In this document: in pieces, positions 16,754 through 24,048 of the stretch | Position numbering within the stretch: position 1 is the stretch's first letter | Layout: each line of letters begins with the position of its first letter | Source of the DNA: Candidatus Saccharimonadota bacterium | GTDB taxonomy: Bacteria > Patescibacteriota > Gracilibacteria > UBA1369 > 2-02-FULL-48-14 | Direction of reading: 5' to 3' | Length of the DNA stretch: 32,000 nucleotides | Assembly (NCBI GenBank): GCA_041661045.1 | Contig: JBAZVE010000001.1 | Span: 810,001 to 842,000, forward strand | The notes under the pieces: generated by a model | Database searches by the model: none | The model's input: the letters and a program-made list of their open reading frames with translations, nothing else | What the model was told of the DNA's origin: nothing | Position numbers and translations under genes: made by a program

Positions 16754-17608
16754 ATGAAAAAAGAGATTTTTGCCAGCCTCCTATTTGTTTCTTTGCTCTT
16801 GGGATGTGAAAATGTTGAAGTTGTTGAAGTTGTTGATGAGCCGCTCGAAGAACTAAAAACTGAAGTTGTTGACACAAGCATAAAAGCAAACGAAGGGTTC
16901 ATTCTTTTAAACTCTATTGTTTCTAATAATGCCCAAAAAATTGTTTATAGTGAGATCAGCGAGTGTGCGGAAAGCGCGACAAATTTTAGTACTTACTTAA
17001 CAGACAAGTATTTTCAAGGAAGCAACTGTGATTCATGGGTCTACAATGTTTACACGGTCGATTTAGCCTCTCAAAAAGTTAGGAATATTTATAGCTCTGA
17101 AGATCAGTTTTCGTGGATTCCTGTTGCCAAAGCGGGTGGTTGTCAAAACATATATCTTCCCATTGCTTGGTCAAAGGATGACGGAAAAATCGTTCTGGAA
17201 AGTGCCTGGCCCCCTTCAAATTGTGGTGCCGATGGAGGCTCTGAATACCTTTATTATACTTTAGACAGTACTGGAGGTGAGCTGGAACCGTTGGCCCCCT
17301 CTACTGCACTGTTTTTCTCGGATTACAGTGAGCTTATTTTTACTTTTTCTAGCGAAAAATCACCTAGTATTTCTTGTGGTCCTGGTTCAAGCAATAATAA
17401 TGGGAAAATAGTCGTCAAGAATATAGAAACAGGGGAGGAGCGCATAGTTCTTGAGGAGGAAAATACTTATTACGAACTGGTTGGCATAGATGAAATGGCC
17501 AGGACGGTTGACTTTAAAAGTGCCCCACATACACAGGGATGCACCGTGCAAGATAGCAATCCATATGATAGTGGCGCAGAACTTGAAGAGAGAGAGCTGA
17601 GTTTGTAG
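16754..17608 (+). CDS. Lipoprotein of unknown function
   Basis: 284 aa. Signal peptide with lipobox LLLGC, an acidic VEVVEVVDE linker, and a Cys-containing beta-rich body. No recognised domain. Confidence 0.55.
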   Translation: MKKEIFASLLFVSLLLGCENVEVVEVVDEPLEELKTEVVDTSIKANEGFILLNSIVSNNAQKIVYSEISECAESATNFSTYLTDKYFQGSNCDSWVYNVYTVDLASQKVRNIYSSEDQFSWIPVAKAGGCQNIYLPIAWSKDDGKIVLESAWPPSNCGADGGSEYLYYTLDSTGGELEPLAPSTALFFSDYSELIFTFSSEKSPSISCGPGSSNNNGKIVVKNIETGEERIVLEEENTYYELVGIDEMARTVDFKSAPHTQGCTVQDSNPYDSGAELEERELSL

Positions 17609-17627
17609 GTTTTGTTTGGCGAGGTGG

Positions 17628-18626
17628 TCAACGATGATGGCGTTGGGGTTTTAGCAGTGCTTGGATTTTCCTTTGGGTACTCTCTAGTGCTGCTTCTAAA
17701 CTTTCTGATTGGTGGCCCAGCTCTCTTCCAGCTAGTTCTTGCAGGTTCATGTTTATAAATGGGTATCTCCGTTGTCCTTCTTTTTTGTGATATTCCTCCA
17801 CAGGGTCTCCTTTTCTTTTATGACGAGCGAGCAGTTCAGTCATCCGAAAAATGCTTTCTTTTGGAAAGCCGCTGCTTGCCACTCTTCTCAGAGCATCGTC
17901 CGATTCATCCACGAGAAGGATTCCAAAACTTCGATGCACCGCAATTTCATTAGGGATTATCAATTGGGGTCCTTCCCAGCCTGCTGCTCTGCCCCCTACA
18001 ATGGGTGTATTTGGGAACGACGATTGAAACGCGTACTCTAATCGAGTCGGAGTCCATCGTGCCAGAAATGCTGCGAATACCTCTCTAAAGTATCTGCTAT
18101 CTAGAGACTCGGAAAAGAATGCTTGTGAAGCCTGTGTATTTCTATTTTCTGGGTCTAGGTTTGGAGCCGTTCTTTGCGCTATCTGGATTGCCTCTGGAGA
18201 AACAAGTGCTCCATGATGCACGATTTCTCTCATATTGATGACTGCATTTTCTTCATCAATTATAGAATTGGGAAAGAGAAGATATGCGGGCTGAACATCG
18301 GCTGGATGGACTCTCCCCACTCCCAAAAAAACATAGTTATCTAAACCTAGACTGATGTCTAACTGGTCCGTTGCATTATTCAACCGGTCCTCAACAATTT
18401 CCGGGTGAACTTCTCTTAAACGGCGATGGGAATAGAGCACTCCATCACGGATTATGCTCAATAGCCTATTTATAGTGGTTCCATGTACCGCTGGCAAGTT
18501 CCTTGCTATCTCTAACTGAGTCTTATTGGGATGGATACCCTCTATAAGCATTGTCTTTGCAAGGTGCTCTCGATTGCTGTCCAGGTCAATTTGGCGGTCA
18601 AAGTAAGTTTTCAAGTGATAAGGCAA
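17628..18626 (-). CDS. Orphan protein with an ADP-ribosyltransferase-like (H-Y-E class, DarT/PARP-like) N-terminal motif; start uncertain
   Basis: 332-aa ORF beginning at TTG. Residues 48-69, HGTTINRLLSIIRDGVLYS, resemble the HxT...N.L.SIL..G.L.S strand-helix of DarT/PARP-type ARTs. YVFLGVG (about residue 98) and PNEIAV (E227) are candidate Y and E elements. The call rests on motifs only. Confidence 0.45.
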   Translation of the reverse strand: MPYHLKTYFDRQIDLDSNREHLAKTMLIEGIHPNKTQLEIARNLPAVHGTTINRLLSIIRDGVLYSHRRLREVHPEIVEDRLNNATDQLDISLGLDNYVFLGVGRVHPADVQPAYLLFPNSIIDEENAVINMREIVHHGALVSPEAIQIAQRTAPNLDPENRNTQASQAFFSESLDSRYFREVFAAFLARWTPTRLEYAFQSSFPNTPIVGGRAAGWEGPQLIIPNEIAVHRSFGILLVDESDDALRRVASSGFPKESIFRMTELLARHKRKGDPVEEYHKKEGQRRYPFINMNLQELAGRELGHQSESLEAALESTQRKIQALLKPQRHHR

Positions 18627-18638
18627 AATAGGCGGTTG

Positions 18639-18667
18639 ATTTTAATCTGTCCGTCCATAACTGTCAA
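18639..18667 (-). promoter_or_regulatory. Near-consensus promoter TTGACA-N17-TAAAAT for the 17628-18626 gene
   Basis: Minus-strand TTGACA (18662-18667), a 17-nt spacer, TAAAAT (18639-18644). This lies 12 nt upstream of the TTG at 18626. Confidence 0.5.
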
Positions 18668-18726
18668 ACACCTGTACTCTCCAAGTTGGAAATAGGGCAA
18701 AGAATATTTGTCTATTGTGAAATAAC

Positions 18727-18755
18727 TTGACAATGATGTCAAAACATTATAATAT
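18727..18755 (+). promoter_or_regulatory. Near-consensus promoter TTGACA-N17-TAATAT for the four-gene + strand cluster
   Basis: TTGACA at 18727-18732, a 17-nt spacer, TAATAT at 18750-18755 (with an overlapping TATAAT at 18748-18753). The TTG start given in the ORF track is the -35 hexamer itself. Confidence 0.55.
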
Positions 18756-18780
18756 GACAACCTTTTCTATTTTATTTTCA

Positions 18781-19779
18781 ATGAAACAAGTCCTCGCCAT
18801 CAACGCCACTCAAGGTCTAGAAGATCAGGAATATGCTGATCTAGCCTTCCATGACATTCCTCATTCTAAAGATGGTTTAGCGATCACTGCGCTCAGTGCG
18901 CACACCACTTCCGTGGATGATTTAATGGCTGCGATGCTCAAAGCAGACTTTATTGAGGCTTCAGGTTCATATTTGGATGTCGGGGTCATAGATCCTCAGA
19001 CAGGAGAGTCCCGACTCAATACCCACCCTACAGTTGTTAAGATGGTGGATCTTTTCCGGTTTTTACTTCTTATGAAGCACAAGGGAGACCCTCGTTGCGC
19101 CCGAGTGGCAGGTCTTCTCAATTGTATGAGTCATCAGGCGAATTGTGTGGCTGCTGCTACCTTGGCACGCGGTTTGCGGCAAGGAATGGATGTAGAAGCC
19201 ATTCAAGCCCCTAGTGATCTGGCAAGTCAGTGTCCTTTGGAAGAGGTATGTTCAGGTTTTGACTTCCCTCTAAAGGCTTTAACAGGTAGTCACATTGGTG
19301 CTTATCCAGTGGAATTTGCGCCTGGTGCCCCTGAATGGCTACAAGCAGGCCTTCCATCTCAAGTGCCTTTGTTGTTTCTCCACAATTGGGTGGTGCCTGC
19401 GGATGCTTTAGAAGACGCTGAGGCTGTTTTGCCTGGATTCCAGATCGCCGCTACTCGCAGAGATACCATCCGTCGAGGAGGCAGAGTCCTTACTCAACCT
19501 GTGGTGGCTCTTACGGGCTGGGGCTCTTGGGTCAGTGGACAAAACCATATGGATTATGGTGCAGATGGATCCATCTTTGCTCGCATGCTCGGGAGGGCGG
19601 TGGCCAGTGGTACTACTTTTGAAGGCACATTTTATCCTCAAAGTGGGGGACTTTGTCCTCAAACAGGATCTGAGCGCTCTATTGAAGAGGCAATTCAAGA
19701 CTTAATGAAAACCGAAACTCCGTTGAGTCTAGTGCTTCGAAATAGGGTTTTCGCTCGAGCAAGAATGGGCGAAGCATAA
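18781..19779 (+). CDS. Orphan protein A (332 aa) of the island
   Basis: Start reassigned to ATG 18781 (MKQVLAINAT...), downstream of the promoter. No motif recognised. It is not obviously membrane or secreted. Confidence 0.5.
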   Translation: MKQVLAINATQGLEDQEYADLAFHDIPHSKDGLAITALSAHTTSVDDLMAAMLKADFIEASGSYLDVGVIDPQTGESRLNTHPTVVKMVDLFRFLLLMKHKGDPRCARVAGLLNCMSHQANCVAAATLARGLRQGMDVEAIQAPSDLASQCPLEEVCSGFDFPLKALTGSHIGAYPVEFAPGAPEWLQAGLPSQVPLLFLHNWVVPADALEDAEAVLPGFQIAATRRDTIRRGGRVLTQPVVALTGWGSWVSGQNHMDYGADGSIFARMLGRAVASGTTFEGTFYPQSGGLCPQTGSERSIEEAIQDLMKTETPLSLVLRNRVFARARMGEA

Positions 19780-19784
19780 TGCTA

Positions 19785-19812
19785 TTGACTTATATAAATT
19801 TCATGTTAATAT
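19785..19812 (+). promoter_or_regulatory. Internal promoter TTGACT-N16-TAATAT ahead of the cupin gene
   Basis: TTGACT at 19785-19790, a 16-nt spacer, TAATAT at 19807-19812, 29 nt before ATG 19842. Confidence 0.45.
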
Positions 19813-19841
19813 ATACTTTTCTTATCACTAATCCTTGAATT

Positions 19842-20531
19842 ATGGAGTTGATTACCTCGGCTTCCGATCTATCTAGTACTTTAGACCGTCTGCATCCTGC
19901 TGATTATCCAGCAAGATTGAGGATGTCTCGTCCTGGATTTGAACATTTTGCTGCTCAGCTACCTGTTATTGATCCAACGCTTCCTGTTGAAATGGTTCAA
20001 GCGGAACTCCAACAGGTTAGAGCGGTTTTAGGTGGAGTATCTGGGCAACTCAAGGATCAGTGGGAACAACTAAATATTCCTCAAATGCGGGACGGAGTTT
20101 TTGGCCGAGTGATTTTAGGCATGGAGGAACCTACGGAGCTTCCTGGAGGGAACCTCCATGGAGGAACTTTAATAGTGCTGGGTTTGTGGGGCAATGGATT
20201 TGCTTGGGTCCCTCACGGGCATGAAGCTGGTTTTATGCATGAGGAGTTGATTCGTGGGGCTGCTGAAGTACGTATGTTTGATGTAGTGGATCCGGTACGG
20301 CGTACGGTAAAAGAATCTAGAAGAGTGGTTTTTGATCGACCAGGGATCATGGCTTCTGCTTATTGTCCTGAAGGTTCTGCTCCTGACTTGGGATTCAACC
20401 TTCATGCGGTCAAAGGAGTTGCGCCAGGAACTACAGTTACTCTTCACTATCTTCCTGGACATGTGCGGGATACTCGAGGTAGTGCCTTTACTGAAGTTCC
20501 CTTGGATCAAATGCCTGAATTTAGAACTTAA
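19842..20531 (+). CDS. Cupin-fold protein resembling cysteine dioxygenase type I / thiol dioxygenases
   Basis: 229 aa. PHGHEAGFMHEELIRG (H125, H127) lines up position for position with the CDO HDHTDSHCFLKLLQG block. LHAVKGVAPGTTVTLHYLPG (H188) lines up with the CDO LHRVENVSHTEPAVSLHLYSPP block. This gives a 3-His metal site. Confidence 0.55.
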   Translation: MELITSASDLSSTLDRLHPADYPARLRMSRPGFEHFAAQLPVIDPTLPVEMVQAELQQVRAVLGGVSGQLKDQWEQLNIPQMRDGVFGRVILGMEEPTELPGGNLHGGTLIVLGLWGNGFAWVPHGHEAGFMHEELIRGAAEVRMFDVVDPVRRTVKESRRVVFDRPGIMASAYCPEGSAPDLGFNLHAVKGVAPGTTVTLHYLPGHVRDTRGSAFTEVPLDQMPEFRT

Positions 20532-20533
20532 CC

Positions 20534-20554
20534 TTTACTCACTTTTTACTCACT
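20534..20554 (+). repeat. Tandem direct repeat TTTACTCACT x2 (period 11) in the 35-nt gap before the PvcA-like gene
   Basis: TTTACTCACT at 20534-20543 and 20545-20554. It ends 12 nt before ATG 20567. Confidence 0.6.
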
Positions 20555-20566
20555 TCATTTTATTTT

Positions 20567-21835
20567 ATGGAAAATCCTTCCACCACCACCGGTACCGATG
20601 CTCGCATCAGCGATCATCGTTTCAGTCGACCCTTTGATCCTGATGATGCACTGGCTCCTATTGACATCCAAGAGGGGACCTTAGACCTCTCAAGATTTGT
20701 AGTGGAAGCAGAAGAAAGTGCACAACAAAGAGCAGAGGTAGTCAGGAAACGCAATCCCATTGGAGCCAGTCTCGTTGAAGAAGATCGTGTGAGAGCTCAA
20801 GCAGAGCAGATTCTTGGTATTCTTTCTTTGGCTCGTTACCGAAAGGGTTCTGTACGCCTCATTGAAGAGGGTAAACCAGAGTTTATGGCTCGTATTGAAG
20901 ATGCTATTCGTGCTCAACGCCCTGTAGAGATCATTCTTAGTTTCTTCTGCTATAAGGCTTTGAATCCTTTGAAGACCTTTGCTCAGACTGGAACGGAAGT
21001 AGATCTTTCAGAGTATGCTTCGGTCCTTCGTTTCTACGAGATCGCAAAGGCCATTGAAGCTGTGTATGAACCTGGGGCACGCGTCCTTGTGGCGTGTGAC
21101 GGGACCAAGTACGCAGATGCCATTGGATTTACTCGTGCGCAGGGGCAGGGTTATTACGAGGCTATAAGAGCTATGGCTGAAGGAATGGGTCTAAGTGACC
21201 AAGTGGTTCTTTTTGATGAAGCTGATTACTATTCTCCAGGCATTGAAGAGAGTATGGCGATACACCAGCGGCGCATCCAGGATGCCTTGGACTCTGGTGA
21301 TCAAGCACTTAGGGATCAAGTGGGTATGATGCAACGCAGTCTCGCTCTTTATACGCCTCTTCCAGGTGGACTTTCTGTAGCTACGGTTGGAAGTGCTTTT
21401 AGTGCGATCCCCGATGAGGTGCTCGCTGCTCGCAATCCCGAGGCTATGGACTTGAGACAGTGGATTTTGGGTAGGTCTTGGGAGGTAGCTGTGCAATATA
21501 TTGCAGCTTATGATGCTGTAAAAGCAGATGGTGCATTGGCTCGAGCCGGTGCACGCGCAGTCCGTGCAACTGTCCATCCAAAGGCTGGTCAGGTTGGACT
21601 TTACGCCATCGGTGAAAGTGCAACTCAGGCTTTTCCTCACCACATTCAAGGTACTTTCAGAGGTCATAGTGTAGGTGCTTTGGGTGATGTCCGTGTAGAA
21701 TTTAGAGTGGATCTTGAACGAGAGAATGCAGAGATGCAAAGGGTCGGAGGAACTTTGCGCGGTGTCTCTTTATCTAAGCAATATCCTTTTCTTAATGCCC
21801 AGTCTTCACACCCTTTTTACTTTCAAGCTCAGTGA
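20567..21835 (+). CDS. Divergent PvcA/Dit1 (isonitrile-synthase) family protein with a ~115-aa N-terminal extension
   Basis: 422 aa. PVEIILSFFCYKALNPLK matches the family block hFVLPAFPxKSPNxxK. AVYEPGARVLVACDGTKYAD matches YxPGAxhxIxSDGxVF. AVRATVHPKAGQVGLY matches hRLSIHP...KhGI. FPHHIQG matches TPWHG. The blocks occur in the same order and similar spacing as I recall for P. aeruginosa PvcA. Confidence 0.55.
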   Translation: MENPSTTTGTDARISDHRFSRPFDPDDALAPIDIQEGTLDLSRFVVEAEESAQQRAEVVRKRNPIGASLVEEDRVRAQAEQILGILSLARYRKGSVRLIEEGKPEFMARIEDAIRAQRPVEIILSFFCYKALNPLKTFAQTGTEVDLSEYASVLRFYEIAKAIEAVYEPGARVLVACDGTKYADAIGFTRAQGQGYYEAIRAMAEGMGLSDQVVLFDEADYYSPGIEESMAIHQRRIQDALDSGDQALRDQVGMMQRSLALYTPLPGGLSVATVGSAFSAIPDEVLAARNPEAMDLRQWILGRSWEVAVQYIAAYDAVKADGALARAGARAVRATVHPKAGQVGLYAIGESATQAFPHHIQGTFRGHSVGALGDVRVEFRVDLERENAEMQRVGGTLRGVSLSKQYPFLNAQSSHPFYFQAQ

Positions 21836-21884
21836 TTTATACTGATACCATTCATCTAATCACCTAACAACCCCCCCCATTTTT

Positions 21885-22496
21885 ATGGATTATACATTAA
21901 AGTTTGCTGAGCCGAGTGAACCTCCTTATGAGGACTGGCTAAAGCGTGAGGTGACTCCAGAAGAACTGTTGCGACTTAGAGCATGGCTTTTCAGCGGAGA
22001 CAAGTTCAAGGCCCAAAAACTTACATCGGACCGTAGGGCTCCTTCTTCAGTTGATAGTTTTGATCTTATTAGGGGAAACGCCGATAAAGCTATTCGTTTC
22101 ATTGATAAAGCTCGGCTTCTTTCTGGACCTACTGGGCTAGATTGGAAGAATGCTCCTGTTCTTTGGGAAATACTTTCTTTTCGTGATGATCTTATTAGTG
22201 GGGCAGAAAGTCCCCTTGCGCAGGCCCTAGCTGAAGCTGTTGCAGCAGCAGCTGAAGATATTTTGCCGGTGCAGTTTAGGCCAGCTCTTTTGGAAGATCT
22301 GGATGCAGTCGTCCATCAAACTTATTTGCGTCGCCGGGCGATCTTGGATGCCATACAGACTTGGGATGGAGCAGATCTTAGCGGTCAGTCTCCCCTTGCG
22401 GTGGCATCTATTCTTCGCCAGTTCGATGCTGCTCCAACGCCTGACTATCTATGTGATCAAATCTCTAGAAGGCTCTCTACTTCCTTTGAAGGGTAG
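21885..22496 (+). CDS. Orphan protein D (203 aa), helical, Ala/Leu-rich
   Basis: Last ORF of the + strand cluster. No motif recognised. A C8 tract (21871-21878) ends 6 nt before its ATG. Confidence 0.45.
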   Translation: MDYTLKFAEPSEPPYEDWLKREVTPEELLRLRAWLFSGDKFKAQKLTSDRRAPSSVDSFDLIRGNADKAIRFIDKARLLSGPTGLDWKNAPVLWEILSFRDDLISGAESPLAQALAEAVAAAAEDILPVQFRPALLEDLDAVVHQTYLRRRAILDAIQTWDGADLSGQSPLAVASILRQFDAAPTPDYLCDQISRRLSTSFEG

Positions 22497-22588
22497 AGAG
22501 AATTGTCCTCAGAAAGTTCGTTTGGAATGGCGAAACATGTGAGGCCGACTCCTAAAGGTCCACGGAGGATAATGAGTTTTTGAGTCAT
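22457..22588 (-). other. 43-codon leaderless ORF or antisense transcript start overlapping the 3' end of orphan D
   Basis: Minus-strand ATG at 22588 preceded by TGCTATACT-N6. It encodes MTQKLIILRGPLGVGLTCFAIPNELSEDNSLYPSKEVESLLEI, with a stop at 22457-22459. It is below the ORF-track size cutoff. Confidence 0.3.
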
Positions 22589-22594
22589 GGCGAA

Positions 22595-22603
22595 AGTATA
22601 GCA
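22595..22603 (-). promoter_or_regulatory. Extended -10 element TGCTATACT, N6, ATG (22588)
   Basis: The plus-strand 18-mer TCATGGCGAAAGTATAGC (22585-22602) is identical to 31589-31606. Confidence 0.45.
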
Positions 22604-22607
22604 AAAT

Positions 22608-22616
22608 TGTTAGGAT
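22608..22616 (+). promoter_or_regulatory. Extended -10-like element TGtTAGGAT, N6, ATG (22623)
   Basis: TGTTAGGAT-ATGTTC-ATGAAAACA. It lies back to back with the minus-strand element at 22595-22603. Confidence 0.35.
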
Positions 22617-23375
22617 ATGTTCATGAAAACAATAGTGACGATTGGTGGTTATCTCAAAGAAGGCGGCGAAGGTGCAGGCAGTTGGCTTGATATGTGGTTT
22701 GACACCCCTATTGAAATTGATCGTGAGATTGTGAAGCTCACGGGTAAAAAGGCCCCGAGAGTGCTTTTTATACCGACTGCGAGTAGTGATTCAAGAGGTT
22801 ACGAAGCGGCTTTTAGGAAAAATTATGAAGGCAAACTCAACTGTGAAGTGGATGTGCTGAAACTTGTCCGAGAAAAATCTAGCCCTAAAGGGATCCAAAC
22901 CAAGATCGACTGGGCGGACATCATTTATGTCGGAGGTGGTAACACACTAAAGATGATGAAGAAGTGGCGTAGGCTAGGCGTGGATAAAATGCTCAAGCGC
23001 GCTTGGGAACAAGGGAAGGTTCTTTGTGGTGTCAGTGCAGGCTCCATTTGTTGGTTTGAGTATGGGATCAGCGACAGTCTTCATTTTTATAACTCAAAAG
23101 AAACGAAATACATCAGGGTGCGTGGTCTTGGTTTTTTGAAAGGTATTCACAACCCACATTTTGGAAGTGAGAGGGAAGATTGCAAATATCGTACCAAGGG
23201 TATGAAAGAAATCATGCAACGGTCTAAAGGAAAATGTTTAGGTGTTCCCGATGCGTGTGCGGTGATTTTTGAAGGGAATCACTATCGAGTTATTGGAAAG
23301 CCGGAAGCAAGTCAGGTTTGGTATGAGAAAGGCAAGTATTGTGAACGCCAGATTCCTAGAGAGGGGGTTAGCTGA
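22617..23375 (+). CDS. Peptidase S51 family protein (dipeptidase E / cyanophycinase-like)
   Basis: 252 aa. VLFIPTASSD, GGGNT and the nucleophile elbow GVSAGSICW are typical of S51. The alternative start ATG 22623 (MKTIV...) fits the leaderless pattern. Confidence 0.75.
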   Translation: MFMKTIVTIGGYLKEGGEGAGSWLDMWFDTPIEIDREIVKLTGKKAPRVLFIPTASSDSRGYEAAFRKNYEGKLNCEVDVLKLVREKSSPKGIQTKIDWADIIYVGGGNTLKMMKKWRRLGVDKMLKRAWEQGKVLCGVSAGSICWFEYGISDSLHFYNSKETKYIRVRGLGFLKGIHNPHFGSEREDCKYRTKGMKEIMQRSKGKCLGVPDACAVIFEGNHYRVIGKPEASQVWYEKGKYCERQIPREGVS

Positions 23376-23428
23376 GCCCAACTTGATGACACTCATGAAA
23401 GATGATTTAATGGCGGCTTATTTTAATT

Positions 23429-24016
23429 ATGGAAAACACAAGACGAGCGGCTTATGGGAAATTGCTTGGGCGCCTTGAAGAGCCCATTAGAGAGGTGGTT
23501 CCTGCTCTATGGGATTTACCCTTTGTCATGGACACGGGTTTCACTTGTTCAGGGCATATTCTTAGAGAGCCTGATGGGATTTTGGGCAAAAGACCTGATT
23601 TTGGTGGGTATATTTGGTATCCGCATCGGGCCATGTTGGAACTTGCTTTTTCTCATGATGAAGCCTTGGTCACAGCTCGAGATGCTTTCCGAAGAGATCT
23701 TGCGGCGGTTGCTGTTGAAGTCGATGGTCTGGCGCTTGGCTTTAATGCCGGGCATGCTTTTGACCAAGAGTTTCTGCCCTATTCACGCATCCCGGACCCC
23801 AATCTATCAGAAAATTACAATGCGGTTCTTCCTGAAGTCCCTCGAGAAGAGAGTTCTGTTATAAGAGTGGAAACCTTACTTACAGCGTTTTGGGAAGCAG
23901 TTGCTGCCGTCGTTCGCCGACACAGCCCTAATGCAAAAATTGGACCTATTGCAGGCAAAAACTTTCGAAGTAGAAAGAATTGGGATCATTGGCCGCTCTC
24001 TGGACAAGAGAAATAA
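23429..24016 (+). CDS. Hypothetical protein
   Basis: 195-aa ORF. No motif recognised. Confidence 0.45.
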   Translation: MENTRRAAYGKLLGRLEEPIREVVPALWDLPFVMDTGFTCSGHILREPDGILGKRPDFGGYIWYPHRAMLELAFSHDEALVTARDAFRRDLAAVAVEVDGLALGFNAGHAFDQEFLPYSRIPDPNLSENYNAVLPEVPREESSVIRVETLLTAFWEAVAAVVRRHSPNAKIGPIAGKNFRSRKNWDHWPLSGQEK

Positions 24017-24048
24017 GCAGTATACAATGCATTATTAGACCTCAACCT

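Noticed and set aside
18727-18780. TTG start at 18727 extending orphan A by 18 codons (MTMMSKHYNMTTFSILFS)
   Set aside because: The TTG is the first half of a consensus TTGACA -35 box followed by N17-TAATAT. Transcription would begin downstream of it, so ATG 18781 is the likely start.
22457-22588. Calling the 43-aa peptide MTQKLIILRGPLGVGLT... a P-loop kinase
   Set aside because: The Walker A lysine is replaced by Leu (GVGLT), and the frame stops after 43 codons. At most it is a remnant or an antisense transcript, and it is reported only as such.
23980-24048. N-terminal extension of the TrmB-like gene overlapping the previous ORF by 37 nt
   Set aside because: The extension (MGSLAALWTREISSIQCIIRPQP) precedes the point where TrmB-family HTH domains normally begin. 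ATG 24049 gives a canonical N-terminus and removes the overlap.
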